A DNA stretch of 64,000 bases from a virus (lineage: Duplodnaviria > Caudoviricetes), in IMG/VR virus record IMGVR_UViG_2868569063_000004, positions 1 to 64,000 of that record; one strand, 5' to 3'. The position numbers were made by a program, and so were the translations under genes. Numbering within the stretch: position 1 is the stretch's first letter; every line of letters starts with the position of its first letter. Shown piece by piece: positions 40,125 through 49,772 of this stretch. The notes under the pieces are model-generated. The model had not been told where the DNA came from, ran no database searches, and worked only from the letters and a program-made list of their open reading frames with translations.

Positions 40125-40586
40125 AGTTTTACCCTCCTATGTGAAATATAGCATAGAAGAATAATAAAGTAAAGATTTGTGCTTACATCACCTTTGCACA
40201 TAAGGTAAGATTGCTCACAAGAATAAGATGTATTTACCCTTTAATTTATTCGGCGTAAGCTGCCTAACAGTCCTGACTATTCCTTCTTGATCCGGAGACC
40301 AAGTTCCCATTATAGTCGATGAACGTTCTTCTCTATAAAATAAAGAAGCTTCGCTGCAGACCACCCATATATATACATTGTTACTATATCTATTACATTA
40401 CTGTAGTAGGGGAGTAGTATATACTTCGGTTCACCCTGAATGCCAAATTAAAAGCATTTCTCTATTCCTTCGAATAAAGACAGTTTCGGTTGTTTGCTTA
40501 GTAACCCCTTTCTCATATGAGATCGTTCCGTGTCACCACCAGGTTACATGGGGCGTTTTCTAAAGGACCAACTGATAATTTGTCCC

Positions 40587-43118
40587 ACCCCAGTTCATAG
40601 CATGGCTAACAAGCATACCGCCGACTCCGGCTAAGGATTTATTAAGTCCCAAACCATTTAAGAGCCCTACAGCGCCGTTGCCAACATCAAGCAATCCTTT
40701 AAAAGTATTAGTACTACCTTCTGATTGCCATAACTGTGACCAAGATTCTTTAATTTTAGTTGTTTTTGCTTCGATAGAATCAAGGTATGTATTAAGCTCG
40801 TTCTGAGCTGAATTTTGATAATTATTTGCGGAATCATTATAAACATCTGTAAGCAATTCAGGATGCTGCAATATGGATGCAAGAATATTACTTCTATTTT
40901 TTCCTGCCATCATTTCAAGCAGAGCAGCCTGTCTATTCTGACCATCTGCCAAATCTTGCTTACCAATATCATCCCAAACCTGAGAGATATCTTTTAAAAT
41001 ATCATAAGTATCTCTATAGTTTCCATTCATATCAAGAATAGAAACTCCAGCCTTACCGTTAACGGCAGTAAGAGATTTAATATTTGAATTAAGTTTAGAA
41101 GTGGTCTCTACAAGACCTTCTGTATCTTCACCCATAGAAGATAATTCTTCAGCAGAAGTGCCTCTAAGTCGTAATGCAATTGTTCTAAGACCAGCACCTA
41201 CCTTCGATGGATCCTGCACTACACTATTTGCTGCCGTAACAAGAGCAACTGACTTGTCAAAGTCGTTCCCCGCTGCTACCAATGCTGAACCTGAATCCTG
41301 TAAAGCAGTGGCAATTCCGTCTGTAGAAATTGCATAGTTGTTACCAACAAGATTCATTTTATCAACGAGATCCATAGAATCATCAACTTTTACGTCGTAT
41401 GCTTTCATCATGGAAATCATAGCGGTTGTTGCATCATCTATAGATCCGAATTCTGATACATTTTTTAAAATACCTGTATTTTTAGCTAAAGTCTGAGATT
41501 CATTTAAGCTATATCCAAGACGAGAAAAATCAGCAGCACTACTAGTAATCTGAGTGGTTGTACTACCAATGTCTTTGGCATCAGTTCTAGCCTGAGTAGT
41601 AAAGTCTCTATATTCTTGTTTTGTACCATCTGATGTTTTCTTAAGTTCAGTCATCGCTGAATCTAATTCTTTTATTGATTCGACACCGGATCTGACACCT
41701 GTTGTTAATGCTTGGAATCCAAAATTACTTACAAGATACTGGCTAAGACTACGGAACTTTTGTCCCATTTCAGAAATATAACTAGATAAAGGTTTTACAC
41801 TTTGAGTAACTTTAGTAAGAGATTGGTCAATATTACCTGGACCATTTTTATATGCTAATTGATATTTTTCAAATACACCAGACCCTCTATCAATAGTAGC
41901 ATACATTTTACCTTGTGCTGCATTAAACTCTGTTGTGTATTTGCTTCCTTTTGCCAGATCTGCTGACATTTGTTCCATCTTAAGACGGACCTTATCAGAT
42001 GCTGGATCTAAATCTGTACCAATATATTCTGAACGGCTATATTTATTTGGAATACGTGAGAAAAACTGATTAGTATTACCGAGATACCTAGCTTGACGAT
42101 TGGCTTCAGAGCGAAGAGCAGCAAAACGTACTTGCTCAGTGTCTCTTTCGTCTCCAGTAAGAGTCGCAAGACTATCACGAGATTTTTTTAATTGCTCATA
42201 TGTATCATTGAAAGATTTTAATCTTTCATCATAACCTTGTCCTAGAGTTTTATCTAATGGTTTACCATTGTTAGGATTATATACTTGAGCCATTTTATTG
42301 AATGTCTTCTGTTTCTCACCCAAATTAGTGATAACTTTGTCGTATTCTGAAGCACTCTGAGTCATTGCTTTGTATGCTTCTTGATTCTTAGCCTGTGCTC
42401 CTCGAATGTCAGATGCAGAAGTAACCCAATCAGAAGCAGTACCTTGATTTTGTATCTGTCTAGCCAGCTGAGAATTTCTATGTCCTATAGTTCTCTTTGA
42501 CTGTTTATAAGTACTTTCATCAATAATCCCACTTACATACTGTTCCTGTAGGGTTCCTATTGTCTTCATATTTCTCTTAATTTCAGCTTGAGCTTGTCTA
42601 AGAGTAATGCCTGTAGATCTTGCAGTATTAGAAGAACTAGTGGTTTCTCCAACAACTATTTTACCGTCTTTAGTTTTTATATTGTCTCCAACAGTAAGCT
42701 TAATAGAGCCCATGTTTTTAGCTGTAGATTTTATTTCATTAAGTTTGGCTAAAAGTCCATCAAGCTCCCCCATAATACCTTGATTTACGGAAAGTTTTAC
42801 TTCTCCTAGATCAAGCTTGTCCTGGTACCTTGACAGCTTACTGACTGTATTAGCCATAGATTTTAAAGCTTCTTCAGGATTTACCATCTGTTCTACAAGA
42901 TTAGATCCTTTAATAACAGGAGTATTTTTAGCGGCTTTGGCAGTTGCTTTACTTATTGTTTTTACCGCTGTCTGTGCATTTTTAGTTAACTGTTTAGTAT
43001 TACCTAATTCCACACCTAGTTTAATGTGCTTCTCTTTTAAAGAATTAATTCGTGTTTCTAATGCATTTAGCGCACTGTCTTCAACTTCTACACCAACGTT
43101 TATTATATAATCAGCCAT
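40587..43118 (-). CDS. Tape measure protein, exon 1 (844 codons, ends ...HAMNWG)
   Basis: TP901-type TMP core (ELDSAMTELKKT...ADFSRLGYS...DKMNLVGNNYAIS...GAGLRTIALRLRG). Confidence 0.9.
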
Positions 43119-43132
43119 TTTCTCACCTCACT

Positions 43133-43588
43133 TTATAAACCAACAGAATGTAATCCGCTGATAACAAATTTTGTTGCTTGCCCTTTGGCATGCATTTTTC
43201 TAGCACGAAAATATTGTTCCCAATAATTTCTGATAGGAGTTATTTTTTTACGAAATCCATGATTACCTGTTTCAAATCCCCAAGAAAAAACTATTTCTGG
43301 ATCACCTTCCAATGGTTCCCATATGCCATGTCCTCCAGACATATGGCTTGAATCAAATCGTGCTCTAAGCTCTGCACTTCGACTATAAGCAAAGCCTGTA
43401 ATTGTATGAATATTTTTTAAATCATAAAGTCTATAACCATCCGCCCAAGAGGAATAGTCATTATAATATTTTTCTTCTGACTGTTGTGCATCTTTTTCCA
43501 TCTTAGGCTTGTAGTCATTAACAAACTGCTGTAAACCAATAGTTATTCCCTGGTCAATCAGCTTTCTTAACTGTGGAATTGTCCCCAT
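43133..43588 (-). CDS. Tail-region protein (possibly tail completion, HK97 gp10-like)
   Basis: Position before the TMP; YYNDYSS...YRLYDL motif. Confidence 0.5.
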   Translation of the reverse strand: MGTIPQLRKLIDQGITIGLQQFVNDYKPKMEKDAQQSEEKYYNDYSSWADGYRLYDLKNIHTITGFAYSRSAELRARFDSSHMSGGHGIWEPLEGDPEIVFSWGFETGNHGFRKKITPIRNYWEQYFRARKMHAKGQATKFVISGLHSVGL

Positions 43589-44069
43589 CTTTTACATCAG
43601 CCAACTTTCGTAAATAATCTAACTGTTCCGGAGTAGCTTCTTTAAAAACATTTTCTAATATTCCAAATAATGCACTTAATCTATTAGACATAGAGTTAGT
43701 AAATGAAATACGAGCGGAAAGTGTTTCTTCAAACATAGCAACCATATCTCCATAATCAACACCAATCATTTCAATAATTTTATCTAAAAGACCAGAAGAT
43801 ACTAAGGCATCATAAGCATCAAGACCTTCTTCGTCTTCGTAGGTGAGATTAGTATAGATAACCACACATGTCAGAGAAAAGTTTAAATGCTTATTCATTG
43901 GCTCATATGTAAGAAGAGAAGTATCATATTCAATAATACTTTCAATAACTGTATCTATAAGTGCTCGTTTAGTAGCAAACGGCACATAATTTTCAACTTC
44001 AAGTTTTTCTAAAGCCCCTACTGGGTTCTCTTTATATTCTTTTACAAATTCTAAAATATTAATTTCCAT
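43554..44069 (-). CDS. Putative tail assembly chaperone
   Basis: Acidic; YVPFATK and YDALVSSGLLDKII; lies between major tail and TMP genes. Confidence 0.55.
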   Translation of the reverse strand: MEINILEFVKEYKENPVGALEKLEVENYVPFATKRALIDTVIESIIEYDTSLLTYEPMNKHLNFSLTCVVIYTNLTYEDEEGLDAYDALVSSGLLDKIIEMIGVDYGDMVAMFEETLSARISFTNSMSNRLSALFGILENVFKEATPEQLDYLRKLADVKDGDNSTVKKAD

Positions 44070-44541
44070 CCTTTTTTCCCTCTTTCTTCCTTGCTCTTTT
44101 TAAAGCTTCATTTTCATCCCAATCGATCCAACCAGTAGACTTAGTATGAGTGATCCATACATAATCCAAATCAGGATAGATATAATACATCAGTTTTCGT
44201 TTAATCTTGGCAGAAGGATCAACCATTCCACCTTTAGTGTCGTAGACACGTTCACTTCCATCTGAGTATTTAACCCAAAAGTCAGCAACATAATCTATTG
44301 CACGTATAGTCTTTCCATTATGCTTGAAAGACGGTTGTAATTTATATTTTTTTTGTAGTTCATAGTCTATAATTTCGCCAGAGTCCAATCCAGTGCATAC
44401 GATGTCTTCATAAAATCTTTTCTCTAATAGAGAATCGAAACATACTTCTTTTTCTGTTTTCCTATCTATAACAGTACGATTCTGTTTACCTTTAGTAGTT
44501 TGATCGACACCATATTTAGATCTTTTTTTATAGTTCCTCAC
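44059..44541 (-). CDS. DUF1064-like PD-(D/E)XK nuclease-fold protein
   Basis: SKYG...FDSLLEKRFY...LQKKYKLQ...YVADF...DTKG...IKRKL; probable GTG start at 44541. Confidence 0.75.
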   Translation of the reverse strand: MRNYKKRSKYGVDQTTKGKQNRTVIDRKTEKEVCFDSLLEKRFYEDIVCTGLDSGEIIDYELQKKYKLQPSFKHNGKTIRAIDYVADFWVKYSDGSERVYDTKGGMVDPSAKIKRKLMYYIYPDLDYVWITHTKSTGWIDWDENEALKRARKKEGKKDGN

Positions 44542-44545
44542 GTTA

Positions 44546-44755
44546 TCACTCCAAAGTATAATTTTGATATTCTTTGTAATACGGATAACTTTCTTTTTTA
44601 TCAAACAACATTACAATCACATCTGGACTATAATAAACATCTAAAGGTTTTAATCCATGTTTGAGGTAGAGTTTCTGTTGATTTGGATCAATAATTTTTA
44701 CTGCTTGAACAGGATCATAAGGAACTCCTTTTAAGTTAGGTATTACAATCTCCAT
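44546..44755 (-). CDS. Hypothetical protein
   Basis: 69-aa ORF with GGAGG RBS. Confidence 0.65.
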   Translation of the reverse strand: MEIVIPNLKGVPYDPVQAVKIIDPNQQKLYLKHGLKPLDVYYSPDVIVMLFDKKESYPYYKEYQNYTLE

Positions 44756-44822
44756 TTAATTCCTCCGAAAAAAAATAAGGGGAAACTGCAAAAATAGTGC
44801 GGCTTTCCCCTCAATAAAATAT

Positions 44823-45128
44823 TTAATTTTCCGTCACTATTTTTTTAGTTTTTGCTTTAGGCTGTTCTTCTTTCATAATTTCATTTACTTTATCCTGAAT
44901 AGGTTTAGTAAATTTTGTTTTATGAGTAACAGCATCAGCCAATTCTTTTTTTGCATCCTCTTTGGTCACATCACCAGTATTGTATTTAGCAATAATGTTA
45001 TATACTTTTCTACATTCTTCTGTATGAAAAGCTACCATCCAAACAGGTTTATCTGCATCTTTAGTGCACTTAGGACAATACTCATAAGTAGTGCCACAAG
45101 TTACACAAATTCTTGGTTTTGATTTCAT
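44823..45128 (-). CDS. Zn-finger hypothetical protein
   Basis: CxxC-x5-CxxC...HxxxC; GGAGG RBS. Confidence 0.7.
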   Translation of the reverse strand: MKSKPRICVTCGTTYEYCPKCTKDADKPVWMVAFHTEECRKVYNIIAKYNTGDVTKEDAKKELADAVTHKTKFTKPIQDKVNEIMKEEQPKAKTKKIVTEN

Positions 45129-45156
45129 TGAGTATTCCTCCTTTTTCTCATTAGAA

Positions 45157-45179
45157 ATACCCCGGATGAACCGGGGTAT
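45157..45179 (-). terminator. Hairpin terminator after the major tail protein gene
   Basis: ATACCCCGG-atgaa-CCGGGGTAT. Confidence 0.65.
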
Positions 45180-45192
45180 AACAACTTAAGGA

Positions 45193-45993
45193 TTACTCCT
45201 CTACGTCGTCCTCTGTCATTACAATGTAATACAGCGGAGAACCTGTCTGACAATAATCTCTCTGAGCTACACCAGAGAATGTAATTGTGCTATCTGTTTC
45301 AAGTGTCAGATCGCAATCTGGTGCTACCTGGAAACTTGGGAATACGATATAAGCTGCACGAACTACATCTACAGAACATGTGTCTGCAACAAGAACTTTC
45401 ATTGTAATAGAAGAAGTAGTCGGGAACTTATCAGACTCATTAGTAACCTTAACACCACTTTCTGTCTCATATTCATATTTAGCAATAAGAGTACCTGTTA
45501 CTCCAGTAGGAAGAGTAATTTTTCCGCTATCTTCAGTGTATACAAAAGTATCAGCAGTAGGAGCAGCAGTAGTAGAAGCAGTATAAGCTTTTCCTAATGT
45601 GCCGTTTGCTTCCAGAGCATAAAGCTTTGTAAGTGGAGCTTTCGGTTTCAGCTTTTCAGGAATTGTATATTCCTTAATGCCAGTTGTATCAATATGTAAG
45701 ATTTTTGGTGCAAGAATCTTAGATTCTTTTGAAGCAATAATCTTATCTGTGCCAAATGTCTGAGACAGCATAGAGAATGAAAGTAAGTTACAATCAGCAG
45801 ATACTTCTACAGATTTGGATGTATAGAATCTCTTAATCAGTACACCAAGAGCATCTGTTTTATCTTTACTTTCAGAAGTTGTATTAATAGAAACATTAGA
45901 TAAATTGTTTAACAGATAGAGTAAATCTCCATCGCTATTTTCACCAACAATTTCTAAGACTCTATCAATAACCAGAGAATCAAAATTTGCCAT
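45193..45993 (-). CDS. Major tail (tube) protein
   Basis: Synteny, strong RBS, own terminator, beta-rich 266 aa. Confidence 0.75.
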   Translation of the reverse strand: MANFDSLVIDRVLEIVGENSDGDLLYLLNNLSNVSINTTSESKDKTDALGVLIKRFYTSKSVEVSADCNLLSFSMLSQTFGTDKIIASKESKILAPKILHIDTTGIKEYTIPEKLKPKAPLTKLYALEANGTLGKAYTASTTAAPTADTFVYTEDSGKITLPTGVTGTLIAKYEYETESGVKVTNESDKFPTTSSITMKVLVADTCSVDVVRAAYIVFPSFQVAPDCDLTLETDSTITFSGVAQRDYCQTGSPLYYIVMTEDDVEE

Positions 45994-46014
45994 AATATTT
46001 TCCTCCTTGATTTA

Positions 46015-46806
46015 TTATTCGGTTTTAGTGACTCGTACATTGCTCGAAGAGGAGTACTCATTAGATAAGTCACGCAACCAATTTAATTGTTTAAGTAGAT
46101 TTGGATTCTTAGACATATCAACCATTCCGCTGTACATTCCTGCAGAGATGGAGGCAGCAGTATTAATGGCCTGAATCCTTTGAACAGAATCTAAAAATGC
46201 ATAGATTCCAAGACTTTTAAGACTGTTAATGTCATATTTAAAACCAGGACTATTTACCATAGATGAAATTAAAGGCAATAAAAAAGAACCCGGAGAGGGT
46301 TCTTGAGAAGCTTCTTTTACTCTTTGAATTTTTTTTCTTCTATCTTCATCTACTAATAGCTGTAAGGTTTCTTTGTTTGCAGCTCGTTCACGCTTAGGAT
46401 GAATATTGTGCATCTCACGAATGAAAGATATCATTTCTATGTATATATCACGAGTAATTATTAATTCAGTATTTTCATCATAAAGCATTATATTATGAGT
46501 TTCCGGATCGACTAAAGGTGCCATATCTTTCAATGAAATAGTATCACCTAAAAGAAGACAGGTATCTTCAACACCTATATCACGAGTAAGAAGTATGAAT
46601 AAATCAAAATCATCCAACTTACTATAGTTATAACCAAGATCCCACAATTCAGACTTATAATCAGAAGGTATAGAACATATTTTATAAACTACATTAAAAT
46701 AATGATTTTCTCCATATTTAGCTATATCAAGAATAGAAGGTTGATAAATAGTAATCTGATCATTAATTTTAAGGTTCTCACCTAAATAAATGAGAAGTTT
46801 ATCCAT
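46015..46806 (-). CDS. Conserved tail-region hypothetical protein
   Basis: ITIYQPSILDI...LIS...GMYSGMVD pattern; synteny. Confidence 0.6.
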   Translation of the reverse strand: MDKLLIYLGENLKINDQITIYQPSILDIAKYGENHYFNVVYKICSIPSDYKSELWDLGYNYSKLDDFDLFILLTRDIGVEDTCLLLGDTISLKDMAPLVDPETHNIMLYDENTELIITRDIYIEMISFIREMHNIHPKRERAANKETLQLLVDEDRRKKIQRVKEASQEPSPGSFLLPLISSMVNSPGFKYDINSLKSLGIYAFLDSVQRIQAINTAASISAGMYSGMVDMSKNPNLLKQLNWLRDLSNEYSSSSNVRVTKTE

Positions 46807-47365
46807 AATAATCACGACCTAACTTATCTAAGCGATTACTCTTAAGCCTATTTTGAATATCATTCGGAGCAGTCTGTTCAAAATACATATTCCTATAGTA
46901 ATAACCATTTTCAGCCACTTTGCCAGAATCATATGTTTTTATTAACTGCGTACCTAATATGTTTGACCATTGAAATCTTTCTTTAACTAAAGCTGCTAGT
47001 AAATCCTGTCGATCAATACCCCAAATAGTACTGACATCATCCTGGTGAGCTATAGTTCTAAAAATAATTTGTTTAGAAACCATAATATTATTTGAGTATA
47101 CAATTTCAGTGTCATTTACTTCAAAACAAATAAAGTTTTTGACTTTACTTTGTGCATCTGGAATCTTTAAAAAAGAATAAATATTTACATTATAATAATC
47201 TTCCGGACACGCATTAACTGCTTGAAGTTCTTTATTATTTAAGATTTCAATAATATCTGAATCTTTGTATAAATCCTCTAAGATTTTTCTCTTATCATAA
47301 GAAATACTGTCAAATCCCTGTTCATTTCTACAAGAAAATAATCTATCAATACGCTCTTGATTCAT
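46799..47365 (-). CDS. Putative tail terminator/completion protein
   Basis: Synteny; 188 aa. Confidence 0.5.
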   Translation of the reverse strand: MNQERIDRLFSCRNEQGFDSISYDKRKILEDLYKDSDIIEILNNKELQAVNACPEDYYNVNIYSFLKIPDAQSKVKNFICFEVNDTEIVYSNNIMVSKQIIFRTIAHQDDVSTIWGIDRQDLLAALVKERFQWSNILGTQLIKTYDSGKVAENGYYYRNMYFEQTAPNDIQNRLKSNRLDKLGRDYYG

Positions 47366-48420
47366 CGCATCACCTCCAATTCAATAGAAGATGGTTGCTT
47401 ATTTGGAAGAGTAGCAATAATCTTTATTACTTTTCCTAAATTATTATAATTTAACAAAGCTTTGATACTTAACGTATTCTTACCTTCAGAGATTTCAAAG
47501 TCATTAGATAATTCTTCTACAGATAATTTGTTTCCATTGAACTCATAAGACCAAATGACAGATTTATCTTTAATATCACTCGCAACTGAAATAGTTCTTT
47601 TAGAGCCTCCAACACGTAAAGCTCTATTAGTACCTGAACATGATAAAACAATGTCCTCTATTTCTGGCTCTTGAGGAATAACCGGAGAGTCATAATAGTC
47701 ACATATTTTTAATTCAACATTATCTGTAACTTTATTAAAATGATCCTGTTTAAGCGTTACTTTAGTTACTCCGCATGGGAACGTATCTTCTAGTTTTGAC
47801 ACTTCAAAAACTAAAGGTCTAATCATAGAATCACTCAACATGAAACGATCATTATAATCAATTGTTTGCGTAGTTGGAGTAGTAGGGACAATAAACTGTG
47901 ACTGATTATCTACTGATGTAAAGAAACCATCGCTCCATACGCCACTGTTGTAGTTGTTGCGGTTTCTTAATACACCAAAACAACTATAAATTTGTTTATT
48001 CTTTATCCATTTAAACATCCAATTACATTTAAGAATGTTATATCTTATGAAAGAGTTTTTATCATTCTTCCCTAAAATAAGCCATAGCTCATGAACACCT
48101 GTGTTCTTATCCGGTATTTCAAGATAAAAACCAAAACGTTCAATACTATCTTGGTCCATATATTTCTTTTCAGGGAAATAGCCAGGTCTGAATTGAGCCA
48201 GATACTCAACCTGGTCCTTATTGATTGTATAGGTTTGAGAATACTGATATTTGATTTCAACATCTTCTAAGTATTCCATAGTCCTAGAATATAGCTTACA
48301 TTGTCTGTAACCTAAGTCATTGGTGAAAGTTTTCTGCATGATTTCGTCTGACTGAGTACGAATACTGTCTGATACAGTATTACCGCATAAAGCCATTCTT
48401 TTTTTGAAAATATCACTCAT
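47362..48420 (-). CDS. Putative head-closure protein
   Basis: WLILG...ILKCNWMFKW motif; synteny. Confidence 0.55.
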   Translation of the reverse strand: MSDIFKKRMALCGNTVSDSIRTQSDEIMQKTFTNDLGYRQCKLYSRTMEYLEDVEIKYQYSQTYTINKDQVEYLAQFRPGYFPEKKYMDQDSIERFGFYLEIPDKNTGVHELWLILGKNDKNSFIRYNILKCNWMFKWIKNKQIYSCFGVLRNRNNYNSGVWSDGFFTSVDNQSQFIVPTTPTTQTIDYNDRFMLSDSMIRPLVFEVSKLEDTFPCGVTKVTLKQDHFNKVTDNVELKICDYYDSPVIPQEPEIEDIVLSCSGTNRALRVGGSKRTISVASDIKDKSVIWSYEFNGNKLSVEELSNDFEISEGKNTLSIKALLNYNNLGKVIKIIATLPNKQPSSIELEVMR

Positions 48421-48727
48421 GGTTATCACCTATTTTATCTATGATAGAATGAGCATCAAAAATTATTTTTCTATATTTTTGATGGTTGAAATTAGGATTA
48501 TTAAATTCAAGTTTGGCGCATTCTATTGTATTAGCCAAATCAATTATATAAGGTGATGGGATTAATTCAGCTAATGCTGCAATATATAATTGCAAGTTAT
48601 TAAAATAATTGTTAAGTTTTGGATAAGAGTTTTCTTGATAGATTAAAAGCCAATGAATTTTATTATGTAGTAATTCTATATAATCAGAGAACTGATTGTC
48701 ATTAAAAGTTCCATATTTATACTTCAT
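48413..48727 (-). CDS. Hypothetical head-tail region protein
   Basis: Start MKYKYG; overlaps both neighbours. Confidence 0.6.
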   Translation of the reverse strand: MKYKYGTFNDNQFSDYIELLHNKIHWLLIYQENSYPKLNNYFNNLQLYIAALAELIPSPYIIDLANTIECAKLEFNNPNFNHQKYRKIIFDAHSIIDKIGDNHE

Positions 48728-49166
48728 TCTGATCACCATCCAGATAAGAATTACTTCTGGAAGAGTGATTCCTAAAATATTTTCTGGCTTCCTTTTTATA
48801 TTTCTTTTGAATACTCATAATATAATTGGCATGTTCTTTTTGGCTGGTCCATTTTTCATCTTTCGAACCATAAAACATATTAGTATGCTCTAAAGAATTC
48901 AAACGAATATCATACCAAGCAACGACCATATATAAAGCAACGACTTCTATTTCACCATTAGTAAGGGTGTCCTCGAATTCGAACAGAACATCATTTTTTT
49001 TCGTTAAATCATGTTCTATTTTTAACTGGTCTAATTCAATCATTGCAATAGCACTATTTAGCCATTCTAAGCACAATTCAGTCCAGTCATCAGACGCTAA
49101 TTTTAATACTTTTATATCTTCAACTTTATTTTCAAATCGTTTAAATACTGTTTCATAAGAGGTCAT
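48717..49166 (-). CDS. Putative head-tail adaptor
   Basis: MTSYETVFKRF...LTNGEIEVVALYMVVAW; synteny. Confidence 0.6.
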   Translation of the reverse strand: MTSYETVFKRFENKVEDIKVLKLASDDWTELCLEWLNSAIAMIELDQLKIEHDLTKKNDVLFEFEDTLTNGEIEVVALYMVVAWYDIRLNSLEHTNMFYGSKDEKWTSQKEHANYIMSIQKKYKKEARKYFRNHSSRSNSYLDGDQNEV

Positions 49167-49176
49167 AGAACACCTC

Positions 49177-49713
49177 CTAAATCATTTTTTCTAACTCTGT
49201 ACCACAAATTTCATCTACAGCACGTACTTTCTGAATAGAATCAAATGTACCATTATCCAGTCTAGTTGCTACCTCAATTTTAATTGCTGTTTTAAGCCCC
49301 TTAGGAACTTCAGCAAGTGCTTTCTTAAACTGAGCTGGTGAGAGAGCAAGAAACTGATTAATATCAGAAGCATCATAAAGATTATCATAAAGATCTTTTA
49401 CATCTTTCCATCTAGGATCCTCTAATAATTCATCATTCTCAATCTGGAAACATGGATCATAAATATATGGGGATCGGCTAGATTTAAGAGAGTACAAATC
49501 TCTATATTCTACTTCACGAATATCTCCATATCCATCCCAACGGTATAGAATATCACTTTGTTTACCAGGCATAAATAATGTTCCCTGCACTAAAGAACGA
49601 CATTCAATAAGTTCGTTCTGTTCAAACTTTTTAGTAGTTTTAACAGGAGCTGTTTCCTTTGTAGTATTTTCAGTAGTAGCAACAGTTTTTGTTGCAGCTC
49701 TTCTTGTTGCCAT
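49177..49713 (-). CDS. Hypothetical virion morphogenesis protein
   Basis: Directly after the capsid gene; AAGGAG RBS. Confidence 0.6.
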   Translation of the reverse strand: MATRRAATKTVATTENTTKETAPVKTTKKFEQNELIECRSLVQGTLFMPGKQSDILYRWDGYGDIREVEYRDLYSLKSSRSPYIYDPCFQIENDELLEDPRWKDVKDLYDNLYDASDINQFLALSPAQFKKALAEVPKGLKTAIKIEVATRLDNGTFDSIQKVRAVDEICGTELEKMI

Positions 49714-49735
49714 GTTATTACTCCTTTTTAATCAG

Positions 49736-49764
49736 TTAAAGAGGTGGTAATTCCACCTCTTTAA
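49736..49764. terminator. Terminator after the major capsid gene
   Basis: TTAAAGAGGTGG-taatt-CCACCTCTTTAA perfect stem. Confidence 0.7.
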
Positions 49765-49772
49765 ATAGTTTT

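Larger units (their letters stand above)
36741..40586 (-). ncRNA. Group I self-splicing intron, 3,846 nt, with a multi-gene insertion in the P9 region
   Basis: Q-like GUCUGCAGCGAAG (40361-40349), R GUUCAUCGACUA (40324-40313), P8 CUUGGUC/GAUCAAG, S AAGGAAUAGUC (40285-40275). IGS GAAAAC-GCCCCA (40560-40549) pairs both exon ends. P9.0 GGACUGU/ACAGUUU directly precedes the terminal G at 36741. Confidence 0.9.

Noticed and set aside
36780-40165. IS/transposon, IStron or integron explanation of the insert
   Set aside because: No transposase, TnpB, recombinase or attC-like repeats recognised.
40378-40563. 61-aa + strand ORF
   Set aside because: Antisense to the ribozyme core and has no RBS.
40560-40586. 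Apparent C-terminus GTNYQLVL* of the 852-aa ORF, read as a separate protein or a TMP pseudogene
   Set aside because: These codons are the start of the intron (P1 loop hairpin). Both halves are intact and join in frame.
40565-40586. Alternative 5' splice site after GGACAAAU, paired with GUUGGUCC
   Set aside because: It gives no P10 pairing with exon 2, whereas the 40587/40586 site has perfect P1 and P10.
43133-44069. Programmed frameshift between putative tail chaperone ORFs
   Set aside because: No clear slippery heptamer in the 35-nt overlap, and the downstream ORF has its own ATG.
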